From NCBI GenBank assembly GCA_943348755.1, contig CALQYS010000004.1, forward strand, positions 1-59,099: DNA of 59,099 nt, in the 5' to 3' direction. The stretch comes from Candidatus Nomurabacteria bacterium (GTDB lineage: Bacteria > Patescibacteriota > Minisyncoccia > Phycocordibacterales > UBA9973). The stretch's first letter is position 1. The number at the start of each line of letters is the position of its first letter. Shown one piece after another: positions 37,994-45,686 of this stretch. The position numbers and the translations under genes are program-made. The notes below the pieces were generated by a model. The model was given only the letters and a program-made list of their open reading frames with translations, ran no database searches and was not told where the DNA came from.

Positions 37994-39223
37994 ATGAAAA
38001 GTGAATCTTTCAAAAAAATAAAACTACCTGATACGCCCGGAGTGTACTTTTTCCGCAAGGGAAAGGATATTTTATATATCGGCAAAGCGACTTCATTGCG
38101 TGAGCGCACCAAAAGTTATTTTGCAAAGGATTTATTCAATACTCGTGGGCCGCTCATTATTGATATGGTTGTCAAAGCGGGCAAACTCGACTGGCAAGAA
38201 ACAGAAAGCGTGCTCGAAGCTCTTATCTTAGAAGCTGAACTTATAAAAAAGCATCAGCCCTACTACAACACTAGAGAAAAAGACAATAAAAGCTTCAATG
38301 TCGTATGTATTACAAAAGAAGTCTTTCCAAAAGTATTAGTTTTAAGAGAAAGGGGGCTAAGGTTTGGATTGCAAGAAGAAAATGCTACAAAATTCCAAGC
38401 AAAATATGGGCCATTTACGAATGGTTTACAGCTCCGAGAAGCAATGAAAATCATTCGTCGCATTTTTCCTTATCTTGATTCAAAATCTGCCCAGCCTGAC
38501 AATTTTGAGTTTTATCGACAGATAGGTCTCGCGCCAGATATAGGGACAAAGGAAGCGCAAATTGCCTATGGCAACAACATAAAAAATCTGAAGCTGTTTT
38601 TTCAGGGCAAGAAAAAAAGAGTTGTTTCTAATTTTAAAAAAGAAATGGTGGCGTATGCAAAAAATAAAGAATTCGAGTTGGCGAATGAGATGAAAAAAAG
38701 AATTTTTGCACTCACTCATATAAATGACATCGCTCTTTTGAAAAATGATGTTCAGTTGAATAAAAATTCATTCCGAATTGAAGCTTATGACATCGCTCAT
38801 ATGGGAGGAAAAAATATGGTGGGGGTTATGACGGTGGTGGAAGACGGAGAAGCTGTAAAAAGCGAGTACAAGAAATTCAAGATCAGGACTCAATCTGATG
38901 CAAATGACACTGGGGCGCTCAGGGAAGTTCTGGAGAGGCGTTTGGCACATACAGAATGGCCCTATCCAGCTCTTATCGTCGTGGACGGCGGTACGGCTCA
39001 GATAAACATTGCTAAAATGTCCCTAAAGATTGCGGATGTTAATATTCCCATTGTTTCTGTGTTGAAAGATGAGACACATAAGCCGAAGGACATTATGGGC
39101 GATAAAGATTTTGCAGTAAAATATAAAAGAGAAATCTTGCTCGCAAATAGCGAAGCGCATCGTTTCGCCATCGCTTATCATAAAAAAATGCGGAATAAAA
39201 ATTTCTTAAATATTGAAAAATGA
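37994..39223 (+). CDS. uvrC: Compact UvrC-like endonuclease (GIY-YIG + RNase H-like, no C-terminal HhH)
   Basis: PGVYFF...YIGKA, EALILEA, RIEAYDIAH, VVDGG, EAHRFAI. Confidence 0.88.
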   Translation: MKSESFKKIKLPDTPGVYFFRKGKDILYIGKATSLRERTKSYFAKDLFNTRGPLIIDMVVKAGKLDWQETESVLEALILEAELIKKHQPYYNTREKDNKSFNVVCITKEVFPKVLVLRERGLRFGLQEENATKFQAKYGPFTNGLQLREAMKIIRRIFPYLDSKSAQPDNFEFYRQIGLAPDIGTKEAQIAYGNNIKNLKLFFQGKKKRVVSNFKKEMVAYAKNKEFELANEMKKRIFALTHINDIALLKNDVQLNKNSFRIEAYDIAHMGGKNMVGVMTVVEDGEAVKSEYKKFKIRTQSDANDTGALREVLERRLAHTEWPYPALIVVDGGTAQINIAKMSLKIADVNIPIVSVLKDETHKPKDIMGDKDFAVKYKREILLANSEAHRFAIAYHKKMRNKNFLNIEK

Positions 39224-39699
39224 AAACCACCAAACAAAACATTTTAATACTGCATGACATACGAAGCGTGGAAAATGTGGGCGCGATGTTTCGCACGGCT
39301 GATGCTGCGGGGATAGATAAAATTTATCTGACGGGCTACACACCTGCACCACTCGATCGTTTCGGCAGAAAGAGGGGAGATTTAGCAAAGTCAGCTCTTG
39401 GTGCTGAAGAATTTGTGCTTTGGGAACAAAAGAAAAGTACTGCTACGCTTTTGAACAACCTAAAAAGAGACGGTTTTTATATTATTGCCATAGAACAAGA
39501 CGAAAAATCTATGGATTACAAGAAAGTTAAACTAGGTCCCAAAAATGTTTTCATCGTTGGTACAGAAGTCACGGGTATACCTAAAAATATTTTAAAAAAG
39601 TGCGACATCATCGCCGAAATTCCAATGCGAGGAAAGAAGGAATCGCTCAATGTCTCTGTGGCTTGCGGTGTGGCACTATTTAGAATACTAGATCTATAA
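39220..39699 (+). CDS. SpoU/TrmH-family RNA methyltransferase
   Basis: NVGAMFRTADA, GTEVTG, IPMRGKKESLNVSVA. Confidence 0.92.
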   Translation: MKTTKQNILILHDIRSVENVGAMFRTADAAGIDKIYLTGYTPAPLDRFGRKRGDLAKSALGAEEFVLWEQKKSTATLLNNLKRDGFYIIAIEQDEKSMDYKKVKLGPKNVFIVGTEVTGIPKNILKKCDIIAEIPMRGKKESLNVSVACGVALFRILDL

Positions 39700-39845
39700 A
39701 AAGAGAAATATCAAAATTTATAAAGCAATCTGTCTGGCGAAGCTTCGCCAGCGAACTGCTCGTCTCTCAAGAAAATAATAGTAGGATTACCTACTTTATT
39801 TTCTAAGCTCCTGCGCAAGGCTTTCTAAATCTTATATTTCCTTTT
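39700..39845. repeat. Intergenic palindromic element or terminator between convergent genes
   Basis: Perfect 18-bp palindrome CTGGCGAAGCTTCGCCAG (39734-39751) plus the AGAAAATAA..AGTAGG/CCTACTTTATTTTCT hairpin. Confidence 0.55.
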
Positions 39846-40745
39846 CTATTTCTGGCATTTAGGGCAAAATATAGTCGTTCTGGTTTGAATTATTATTTTT
39901 TGAAGTGGTTTGCCGCAATTCTCGCACATTTTTCCTGCTTTGCCATACACTTTATGTTCTCTGGCGTAGTTGCCACGTGTTTCATCCAAAAGTCTATAAG
40001 TAGCCACAGAAGAACCGCCAACTTTTATTGCTCGCTTCATAATGCGAATTATTGCCTTGTATAATTTTCCAGTCTCTTCACTAGAGAGGGAAGATGCACT
40101 TCTGTCTGGGCGGATGTGCGCTTCAAATAAACTTTCATCCGCATAAATATTCCCTAAGCCAGTCACTATTTTTTGATCCATTAATACTGCTTTTATTTTA
40201 CCTCTTTTGTTTTGCAGAGCATTAAAAAAGTATTTAGGAGTAAATTCATGCGAGAGTGGCTCAACACCCAATAAACCAAAATGATTTTTAGACTCAAACA
40301 ATTTTATGTCTTTATAATAGAGAAGATAACCAAACATGCGGGTGTCATTATAGAAAAGATTTCCACGCTCAAGTTTAAAAAGCACGTGCGTGTGTTTATT
40401 CGGAAGTCTTTTTTCAGAAAGTTCAATGGGGTGACCGCCTTCAACTATTTTCTTACTGTCATTTGCCTGATACACAAATTGTCCAGACATTTTTAAATGT
40501 ACCAAGATAATTTTCTCGTGGCTTAATTTAAAAATAAGATTTTTAGCGCGTCGTTCTACTCCTGTAAAATGTTCTCCTATAATGCCTTTAATAAATTCTG
40601 ATTTCTTTTTCTCTGATGCTGTGCGCAGAGTCCCATTTCCGGAAACAAGTTTTGGTTTCTTCACTTCTACTCGAAGAATTTTTTGTTCGACTATTGCTCG
40701 TTCAAGACCTCGTCTCAAGTTTTCTACTTCAGGAAGCTCAGGCAT
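39846..40745 (-). CDS. mutM: Formamidopyrimidine-DNA glycosylase
   Basis: MPELPEVE, HLKMSG, GLGNIYADESLF, C-terminal Zn finger. Confidence 0.97.
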   Translation of the reverse strand: MPELPEVENLRRGLERAIVEQKILRVEVKKPKLVSGNGTLRTASEKKKSEFIKGIIGEHFTGVERRAKNLIFKLSHEKIILVHLKMSGQFVYQANDSKKIVEGGHPIELSEKRLPNKHTHVLFKLERGNLFYNDTRMFGYLLYYKDIKLFESKNHFGLLGVEPLSHEFTPKYFFNALQNKRGKIKAVLMDQKIVTGLGNIYADESLFEAHIRPDRSASSLSSEETGKLYKAIIRIMKRAIKVGGSSVATYRLLDETRGNYAREHKVYGKAGKMCENCGKPLQKIIIQTRTTIFCPKCQK

Positions 40746-40746
40746 T

Positions 40747-41319
40747 TTATTTTCTCCCTAGTATTTTTAACGCCTCTCGGATTTTGGTGTTGGTGTCTGC
40801 ACTAGGAGAGACTTCTTTTAGTGCATCGCGTGCATCATTTTGTGAGTAGCCAAGAGCTTTCAGGGCTTCGAGTGCATCTAGTTCATCTCGGAGTGAACCC
40901 TCTCTATTGTTATTTTCTTTGCCTACTTTGTCGCGGAGTTCGATGACTATCTTTTCCGCCGTCTTTTTACCTATGCCAGATATTTTTGTTAAATATGAAG
41001 TGTCTCCAGTACCTATTGCCTTGCGGAGTGTCTCTATCGAGGTGACTCCGAGGATAGTCAAAGCTCCCTTTGGCCCGATACCGGACACACTGATAAGCAT
41101 TTCGAAAAATTCTAGTTCCGCGTATTCGAGGAAACCGTATAAGTCTAAAGCATCTTCACGTACATGGGTATGAATCCATAGCATTACATCTTCACCCACT
41201 TTTTTCGCCTTAGAAAGTGTGTCAGTGGATGCGTTTATTTTGTATCCAACTCCAGCTGCTTCCACAACTAGGAATTTATCCTTTTTAAGGACTATTTTGC
41301 CTTTTATGCTTCCGATCAT
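40747..41319 (-). CDS. ruvA: Holliday junction DNA-binding protein RuvA
   Basis: MIGSIKG, HVRED, SGIGPK, GIGKKTAEKI; start reassigned to ATG 41319. Confidence 0.96.
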   Translation of the reverse strand: MIGSIKGKIVLKKDKFLVVEAAGVGYKINASTDTLSKAKKVGEDVMLWIHTHVREDALDLYGFLEYAELEFFEMLISVSGIGPKGALTILGVTSIETLRKAIGTGDTSYLTKISGIGKKTAEKIVIELRDKVGKENNNREGSLRDELDALEALKALGYSQNDARDALKEVSPSADTNTKIREALKILGRK

Positions 41320-41354
41320 GCTTTTATTGTACAGTAATATGGACATTACAGTGA

Positions 41355-41383
41355 TTGACAAAAAGCACTAATAGGTGTATAAT
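41355..41383 (+). promoter_or_regulatory. Perfect-consensus sigma70 promoter of the DGR target gene
   Basis: TTGACA-17 bp-TATAAT. Confidence 0.85.
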
Positions 41384-41410
41384 TTAAAGATAAGTTCTTT
41401 TAAATTGCGA

Positions 41411-41467
41411 TTTCGCCATAGCAGAAAGTAGCTTGATTTAGTTACGCTATTCTCTGCTACGGCGAAA
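41411..41467 (+). promoter_or_regulatory. Long hairpin in the 5' leader of the DGR target gene
   Basis: TTTCGCCATAGCAGAAAGTAGC / GCTATTCTCTGCTACGGCGAAA, 19 of 22 Watson-Crick pairs. Confidence 0.65.
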
Positions 41468-41560
41468 CACTTAATTCTTCAACAATCTTTGGCGGGCTCA
41501 ATTTTAATTGGGGCGTACAAAGAATGAGGAAAAAAGTGCGTTAACCCGCAGTAAACTAAC

Positions 41561-42322
41561 ATGAGCACTAACACACAGGCTGCGATGGTGGCGATCCTTC
41601 AAGGGGTTAACCTGAATGACTCGCGCATGGACACACAAACGCTTCAAGCAATTGTTGATGCGCAAAAGCAAGGTCGGCTCAAGGGCCCTTTAACGGACTG
41701 GTTCGCCACGCAACAGTGGAATCAGGGCAAGTTCTCTGCCCGCGCCAAGTTCGTCGTCAACACTGGTTCCAAAGCGAAAGTGAAGATCTCATGTCTGGGA
41801 GACAACTTCCAGGCATGGCATCTTAGTTCCGTCGAGGAGTATATCCCGACGGAAGAACTCACCTACTTCATCTTGGAAAACGCCATGGATGACAGTGAAA
41901 TCATCGCCAAGCTTGGCGGTGTCGCCAAGTCTATCACCTCGCTCGGCGAGATTTACCTCAGGATGGAGCATCAGCCGCACGGGCCGAAAAGCCCCGCCGG
42001 CGATATGCTCACTGATGGTTCCGCCAACATCTTCTACGTGCCTCAGGCCGTGGATAAGGTGGATGACAACCATTTCAGTTACGTCGGTTCCGACGGCCAG
42101 ACCACCAAGATCATCCACGAGGAGTTGAAAGACTCCCAATGCCTCTTCAAGGTCGGTGATCAGTGGTTCGTGCTCCGCGCGGTCCGCGTCTTCTGGCATG
42201 TCGACGGTTGGTACGTCCTTGCCTTCTCCGTTGAGTTTCCGTACGGTTGGTATGCCGGCTCTCGGGTGTTCTCTCGCAATTCACTCAAATCCTCAGTTCC
42301 TCAGGAAAAAGCTGTAAGCTGA
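41561..42322 (+). CDS. DGR target protein with C-terminal variable region (probable CLec-type fold)
   Basis: C-terminus FVLRAVRVFWHVDGWYVLAFSVEFPYGWYAGSRVFSRN is the VR; codons visibly GC-richer than neighbouring genes. Confidence 0.92.
   Translation: MSTNTQAAMVAILQGVNLNDSRMDTQTLQAIVDAQKQGRLKGPLTDWFATQQWNQGKFSARAKFVVNTGSKAKVKISCLGDNFQAWHLSSVEEYIPTEELTYFILENAMDDSEIIAKLGGVAKSITSLGEIYLRMEHQPHGPKSPAGDMLTDGSANIFYVPQAVDKVDDNHFSYVGSDGQTTKIIHEELKDSQCLFKVGDQWFVLRAVRVFWHVDGWYVLAFSVEFPYGWYAGSRVFSRNSLKSSVPQEKAVS
42167..42279 (+). repeat. DGR variable repeat (VR)
   Basis: 113-bp ungapped match to 42657-42769 with 20 substitutions, all opposite TR adenines. Confidence 0.97.
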
Positions 42323-42344
42323 TCCTTGGAAACTGGGAAACTTT

Positions 42345-42385
42345 GACACTTTGTTCGCTTCGGCGGGCCGAGTGTCTTTTGTTTT
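42345..42385 (+). terminator. Hairpin + T-tract after the target gene (terminator or DGR homing hairpin)
   Basis: GACACT-TTGTTCGC-TTCG-GCGGGCCG-AGTGTC-TTTTGTTTT. Confidence 0.7.
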
Positions 42386-42656
42386 AAATTACTAATTTAG
42401 TATAATCTTTTCAAATCATGCATTACACGATGGTTACGGCTCTTGTGTCATGGTTTCAAGAAATTTTTTATGAGAGTTGTGTCGGACCCAGTGTTTTTTA
42501 TCTTACACAAGAGTATAAATATTTTCTTCAAAAAATAACAATAATTGGTGCATGAGACTGGTGGATTTTTAGGTCTTAAATAAAATACAGCACGATCTTT
42601 TATATTAATGTGTTCAGATCGGCAGTGGCACTGATGGTCTCATGTACGATAACGCT

Positions 42657-42769
42657 TTCGTGCTCCGCGCGGTCAACGTCAACTGGAATGACGACGGTTG
42701 GAACGTCAATGCCAACTCCGTTGAGAATCCGAACAGTTGGAATGCCGGCAATCAGGTGTTCTCTCGAAA
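42657..42769 (+). repeat. DGR template repeat (TR)
   Basis: AAC/AAT-rich copy of the VR located 490 bp downstream of it. Confidence 0.97.
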
Positions 42770-42785
42770 CTATTGTTTTTCTCCT

Positions 42786-43163
42786 CTACGAGCGTGGAGG
42801 AGTTTTCTTTTCCAGTCCTTTCTTCCAGCCCCCAAGCATTCTGCCGATCTCATCTAAGTGTCCTGAAAGGGTAGAGTATTTTTCATTTGGAACACATTTA
42901 TTTTCCCATGCTATCTGTAGAAAGAATTTAATACCATCAAGTTTAGAGATTGCTATGACGAGCCGAGGTATTTTGGTTTCCGGCGGGAGATAAATCGAGA
43001 TAAATATGTTTTCTAAAAGACCGAGAAAATAATCTTCTATTTTTCCTCCCAAAACATAGCGATGAGCCTTTGGGAAATCATTATATATTTTAAACCAAAA
43101 AGAGTAGGCGGTTTTTGTTTTTAGAAGCGCTGAAGGCGCTGTGGGGGGGGGTCCGGGAATCAT
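42786..43163 (-). CDS. avd: Avd-like four-helix-bundle accessory protein (start uncertain: 43163, or 43179 with a frameshift)
   Basis: FPKAHRYVLGGKI ... LDEIGRMLGGWKK; lies between TR and RT. Confidence 0.88.
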   Translation of the reverse strand: MIPGPPPTAPSALLKTKTAYSFWFKIYNDFPKAHRYVLGGKIEDYFLGLLENIFISIYLPPETKIPRLVIAISKLDGIKFFLQIAWENKCVPNEKYSTLSGHLDEIGRMLGGWKKGLEKKTPPRS

Positions 43164-44196
43164 GAAACAATTTATTCATACATACGATACTATCATAACC
43201 ATAGAAAAACTGCTTAAGGCTTGGCAGGAATTTTTGCGTGACAAGAAAAACAGAAAAGATGTGATACTTTTTCAAGCTAGATTGATGGATAATATATTTG
43301 ATCTCTTTAATGACTTAAAAAACAAAACTTACAAACATGATGGATACTTCGCTTTTAACATATCCGACCCGAAACCGAGACAAATACACAAGGCGACCGT
43401 CCGGGATAGGCTCCTTCATCATTTGATATATCAAGAACTATACGAATATTTTGATACTAAATTTATTTTTGATTCTTACTCCTGCCGAATAGACAAAGGC
43501 ACCCACAAAGCCATAGACAGATTCCGATATTTCTTCCGTAAAGTCTCCAAAAACAATACAAAAACGTGTTTTGTCTTAAAATGCGACATCAGAAAATTCT
43601 TTGCGAATATTGACCATGCCATCTTAAAGAAAATACTATCAAAGGGCACCTTTGACACAGATACGCTTTGGCTATTAGAGCAGGTGATAGACAGCTTTTC
43701 TAGTAACCCCATAGGCAAGACCTATGGGGTACAGCCAAATGTTACAAACTCTGCTATCGCAGAAAATGTAACAAAAGGTTTACCACTAGGGAATCTCACT
43801 TCTCAGCTTTTGGTAAATATCTACATGAATGAATTTGATCATTTTATGAAAAGAGAGCTGAAAGTGAAATATTACATAAGATACGCGGATGATTTTGTTA
43901 TATTAAGCGATAGTAAAGATTATCTTGAAGAATTACTGCCAAAGATTTCTTTGTTTCTGAGCGAAAATTTAAAACTATCTCTGCATCCCGATAAGGTTTT
44001 CATTAAGACTTTTGCCTCGGGTGTAGATTTCTTGGGTTGGGTGCATTTTCCAGAGCATCGAGTTTTGCGGACGAGCACCAAAAGGAGAATGATGAAGAAT
44101 ATAAGCAAAGATTCGAAACCAGAAACTATACAATCGTATCTAGGGTTAATTAAGCATGGGAATGGGTATAAATTAGGAGAAAAGATAAAAAGTTGA
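43162..44196 (+). CDS. DGR reverse transcriptase
   Basis: PKPRQI, RDRLLH, SYSCRIDKGTH, CDIRKFF, GLPLGNLTSQ, YIRYADDF, DFLG; no maturase or endonuclease extension. Confidence 0.96.
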   Translation: MKQFIHTYDTIITIEKLLKAWQEFLRDKKNRKDVILFQARLMDNIFDLFNDLKNKTYKHDGYFAFNISDPKPRQIHKATVRDRLLHHLIYQELYEYFDTKFIFDSYSCRIDKGTHKAIDRFRYFFRKVSKNNTKTCFVLKCDIRKFFANIDHAILKKILSKGTFDTDTLWLLEQVIDSFSSNPIGKTYGVQPNVTNSAIAENVTKGLPLGNLTSQLLVNIYMNEFDHFMKRELKVKYYIRYADDFVILSDSKDYLEELLPKISLFLSENLKLSLHPDKVFIKTFASGVDFLGWVHFPEHRVLRTSTKRRMMKNISKDSKPETIQSYLGLIKHGNGYKLGEKIKS

Positions 44197-44227
44197 TTTT
44201 TTAAAGGTTTTCTGTTAGATTATATCC

Positions 44228-44479
44228 ATGCCAATTACACAATCAGCTAAAAAAGCAGTCCGAGGTTCCTTGCGAAAGAAGGCTTTTAATGACAGCCGCA
44301 AGCGAGCTATGAAGGAAGTAATCAAGAAAATCGAGAAAATCTCTAAGACAGACAAGAAAGAAGCTCTAAAGATGCTTAGTTCTGCTTTTGCTATTATCGA
44401 CAAAGCAGCTCAGAAGAACGTCATCAAGAAAAACAACGCTGCTCGCAAGAAAGCTCGCTTGGCCAGATTAACTAAGTAA
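44228..44479 (+). CDS. rpsT: 30S ribosomal protein S20
   Basis: MPITQSAKKA...IDKAAQKNVIKKNNAARKKARL. Confidence 0.95.
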   Translation: MPITQSAKKAVRGSLRKKAFNDSRKRAMKEVIKKIEKISKTDKKEALKMLSSAFAIIDKAAQKNVIKKNNAARKKARLARLTK

Positions 44480-44482
44480 ATA

Positions 44483-44755
44483 ATGAGCCACCTTTTAGAA
44501 TTTTATGGAACAGAATGCCCACATTGTGTGAGTATGCATGAACTCGTGGAGAAGTTAGAAAAAGAAGAGGGAATAAAAATAGAAAGTATTGAAGTCTGGC
44601 ACAACAAGGAGAACGAAAAGCGTCTATTAGAAATCGATAAGGATATGTGTGGCGGAGTGCCTTTTTTCTACAATACAGAAACCAAGAAATTCATCTGCGG
44701 ATCAGACAGCTACTATAATCTAAAGAAATGGGCGAAGGGTGAACCGTTTAGCTAA
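44483..44755 (+). CDS. Thioredoxin/glutaredoxin-like protein
   Basis: FYGTECPHC, GGVPFF. Confidence 0.85.
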   Translation: MSHLLEFYGTECPHCVSMHELVEKLEKEEGIKIESIEVWHNKENEKRLLEIDKDMCGGVPFFYNTETKKFICGSDSYYNLKKWAKGEPFS

Positions 44756-44758
44756 TAA

Positions 44759-44792
44759 AATAAAAAACCACCCATAAGGGTGGTTTTTTATT
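44759..44792. terminator. Bidirectional intrinsic terminator
   Basis: AATAAAAAACCACCC-ATAA-GGGTGGTTTTTTATT. Confidence 0.9.
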
Positions 44793-44802
44793 GAAGTCAG
44801 TA

Positions 44803-45000
44803 TTACGCGCGTTGCACGTTTACTGCATTCAAGCCTTTTGGAGATTGCTCTGTTTCGAAAGAAACAGTATCACCTTCCTTAAGCTCGTCAAAAGTTACGC
44901 CAACTAGAGAGTTGCTATGAAAGAATAAATCTTTCTGTAGTCCTTCTCCAGTAATGAAGCCGAAACCTTTATCAGTGAGTCTTTTTATTGTACCAGTCAT
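44803..45000 (-). CDS. Cold-shock protein
   Basis: KGFGFI, DLFFH, KGLNAVNV. Confidence 0.95.
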   Translation of the reverse strand: MTGTIKRLTDKGFGFITGEGLQKDLFFHSNSLVGVTFDELKEGDTVSFETEQSPKGLNAVNVQRA

Positions 45001-45123
45001 TGATTTGATTAGTTAAGTTGTTAAATTACAAATAAGTTATATAAGAAATCGACTCTTTTCGCACCTACTTTGTCTCATAAGTATATCATAAAGTGACCTA
45101 TTTTGTCAACTCAACCTGAATTT

Positions 45124-45570
45124 CTATTCTGGGATCTCAGCATCCGTCTGTTCTTGTTCTGTAACTGGTTTTGGAAATTTAGCTCGGCAGTCAGCCAAGA
45201 GGTTCTGGGTATAAGGAAGAATCCCTGGATCTACTGTAAGCTTATAAATTGCTTTTTCCATATGCGGTATTGAAGGATCTCCTGGTGCATCTATTTTCAT
45301 CTCATCCAATGAGTTTCTTAATTGCCTGACCACATCCTCTAAACGATCAACTTGGGCTTGTAATTTTGCACACTTGTCTTCTGCCTCAGTGGCAGTGTTT
45401 TTCACTTCAGGAGCTTTAGATGAAAATAATTTTGTAAAAAAGGACGAAACTGCCGAACTTTGATTGTTGTAATTTCCGTCAGGTAAGGTTTTTCTACTGA
45501 TTTGGAGACCAACTAACACAAGAAGAACTATAACCACTACGATTGTTAAAAGTGTCTTTATGTTTTTCAT
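45124..45570 (-). CDS. Membrane-anchored coiled-coil hypothetical protein
   Basis: N-terminal TM helix and heptad region. Confidence 0.7.
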   Translation of the reverse strand: MKNIKTLLTIVVVIVLLVLVGLQISRKTLPDGNYNNQSSAVSSFFTKLFSSKAPEVKNTATEAEDKCAKLQAQVDRLEDVVRQLRNSLDEMKIDAPGDPSIPHMEKAIYKLTVDPGILPYTQNLLADCRAKFPKPVTEQEQTDAEIPE

Positions 45571-45686
45571 ACCCCGTATTATAACATATCGATTGAGTGT
45601 TTAATAGCCAGTTTTGTCTATAGCGAGACAATTAAAACATTACATCAATCTTTTTACTTTCTATTTTAGCTCAAATAAGCTAGTCT

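Larger units (their letters stand above)
41355..44196 (+). mobile_element. Diversity-generating retroelement (target with VR, TR, avd, RT)
   Basis: TR/VR pair with adenine-only mismatches, Avd-like gene and RT; sits between ruvA and rpsT. Confidence 0.96.

Noticed and set aside
42010..42019. 10-bp match CACTGATGGT between the target gene and the region upstream of the TR (42629-42638) as a second VR
   Set aside because: Too short, with no flanking adenine-specific alignment
41789..42199. 136-aa antisense ORF inside the DGR target, and similar antisense ORFs within housekeeping genes
   Set aside because: Shadow frames of real genes caused by codon bias; no independent motifs
42610..42993. 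ORFs 42642-42857 and 42610-42993 over the TR
   Set aside because: The Asn-rich frame is just the template repeat mirroring the VR frame, and the other overlaps avd antisense; neither is likely a protein gene
43162..44196. RT as a group II intron, retron or CRISPR-associated RT
   Set aside because: No maturase/HNH extension, msr-msd or cas genes; the TR/VR pair and avd identify a DGR
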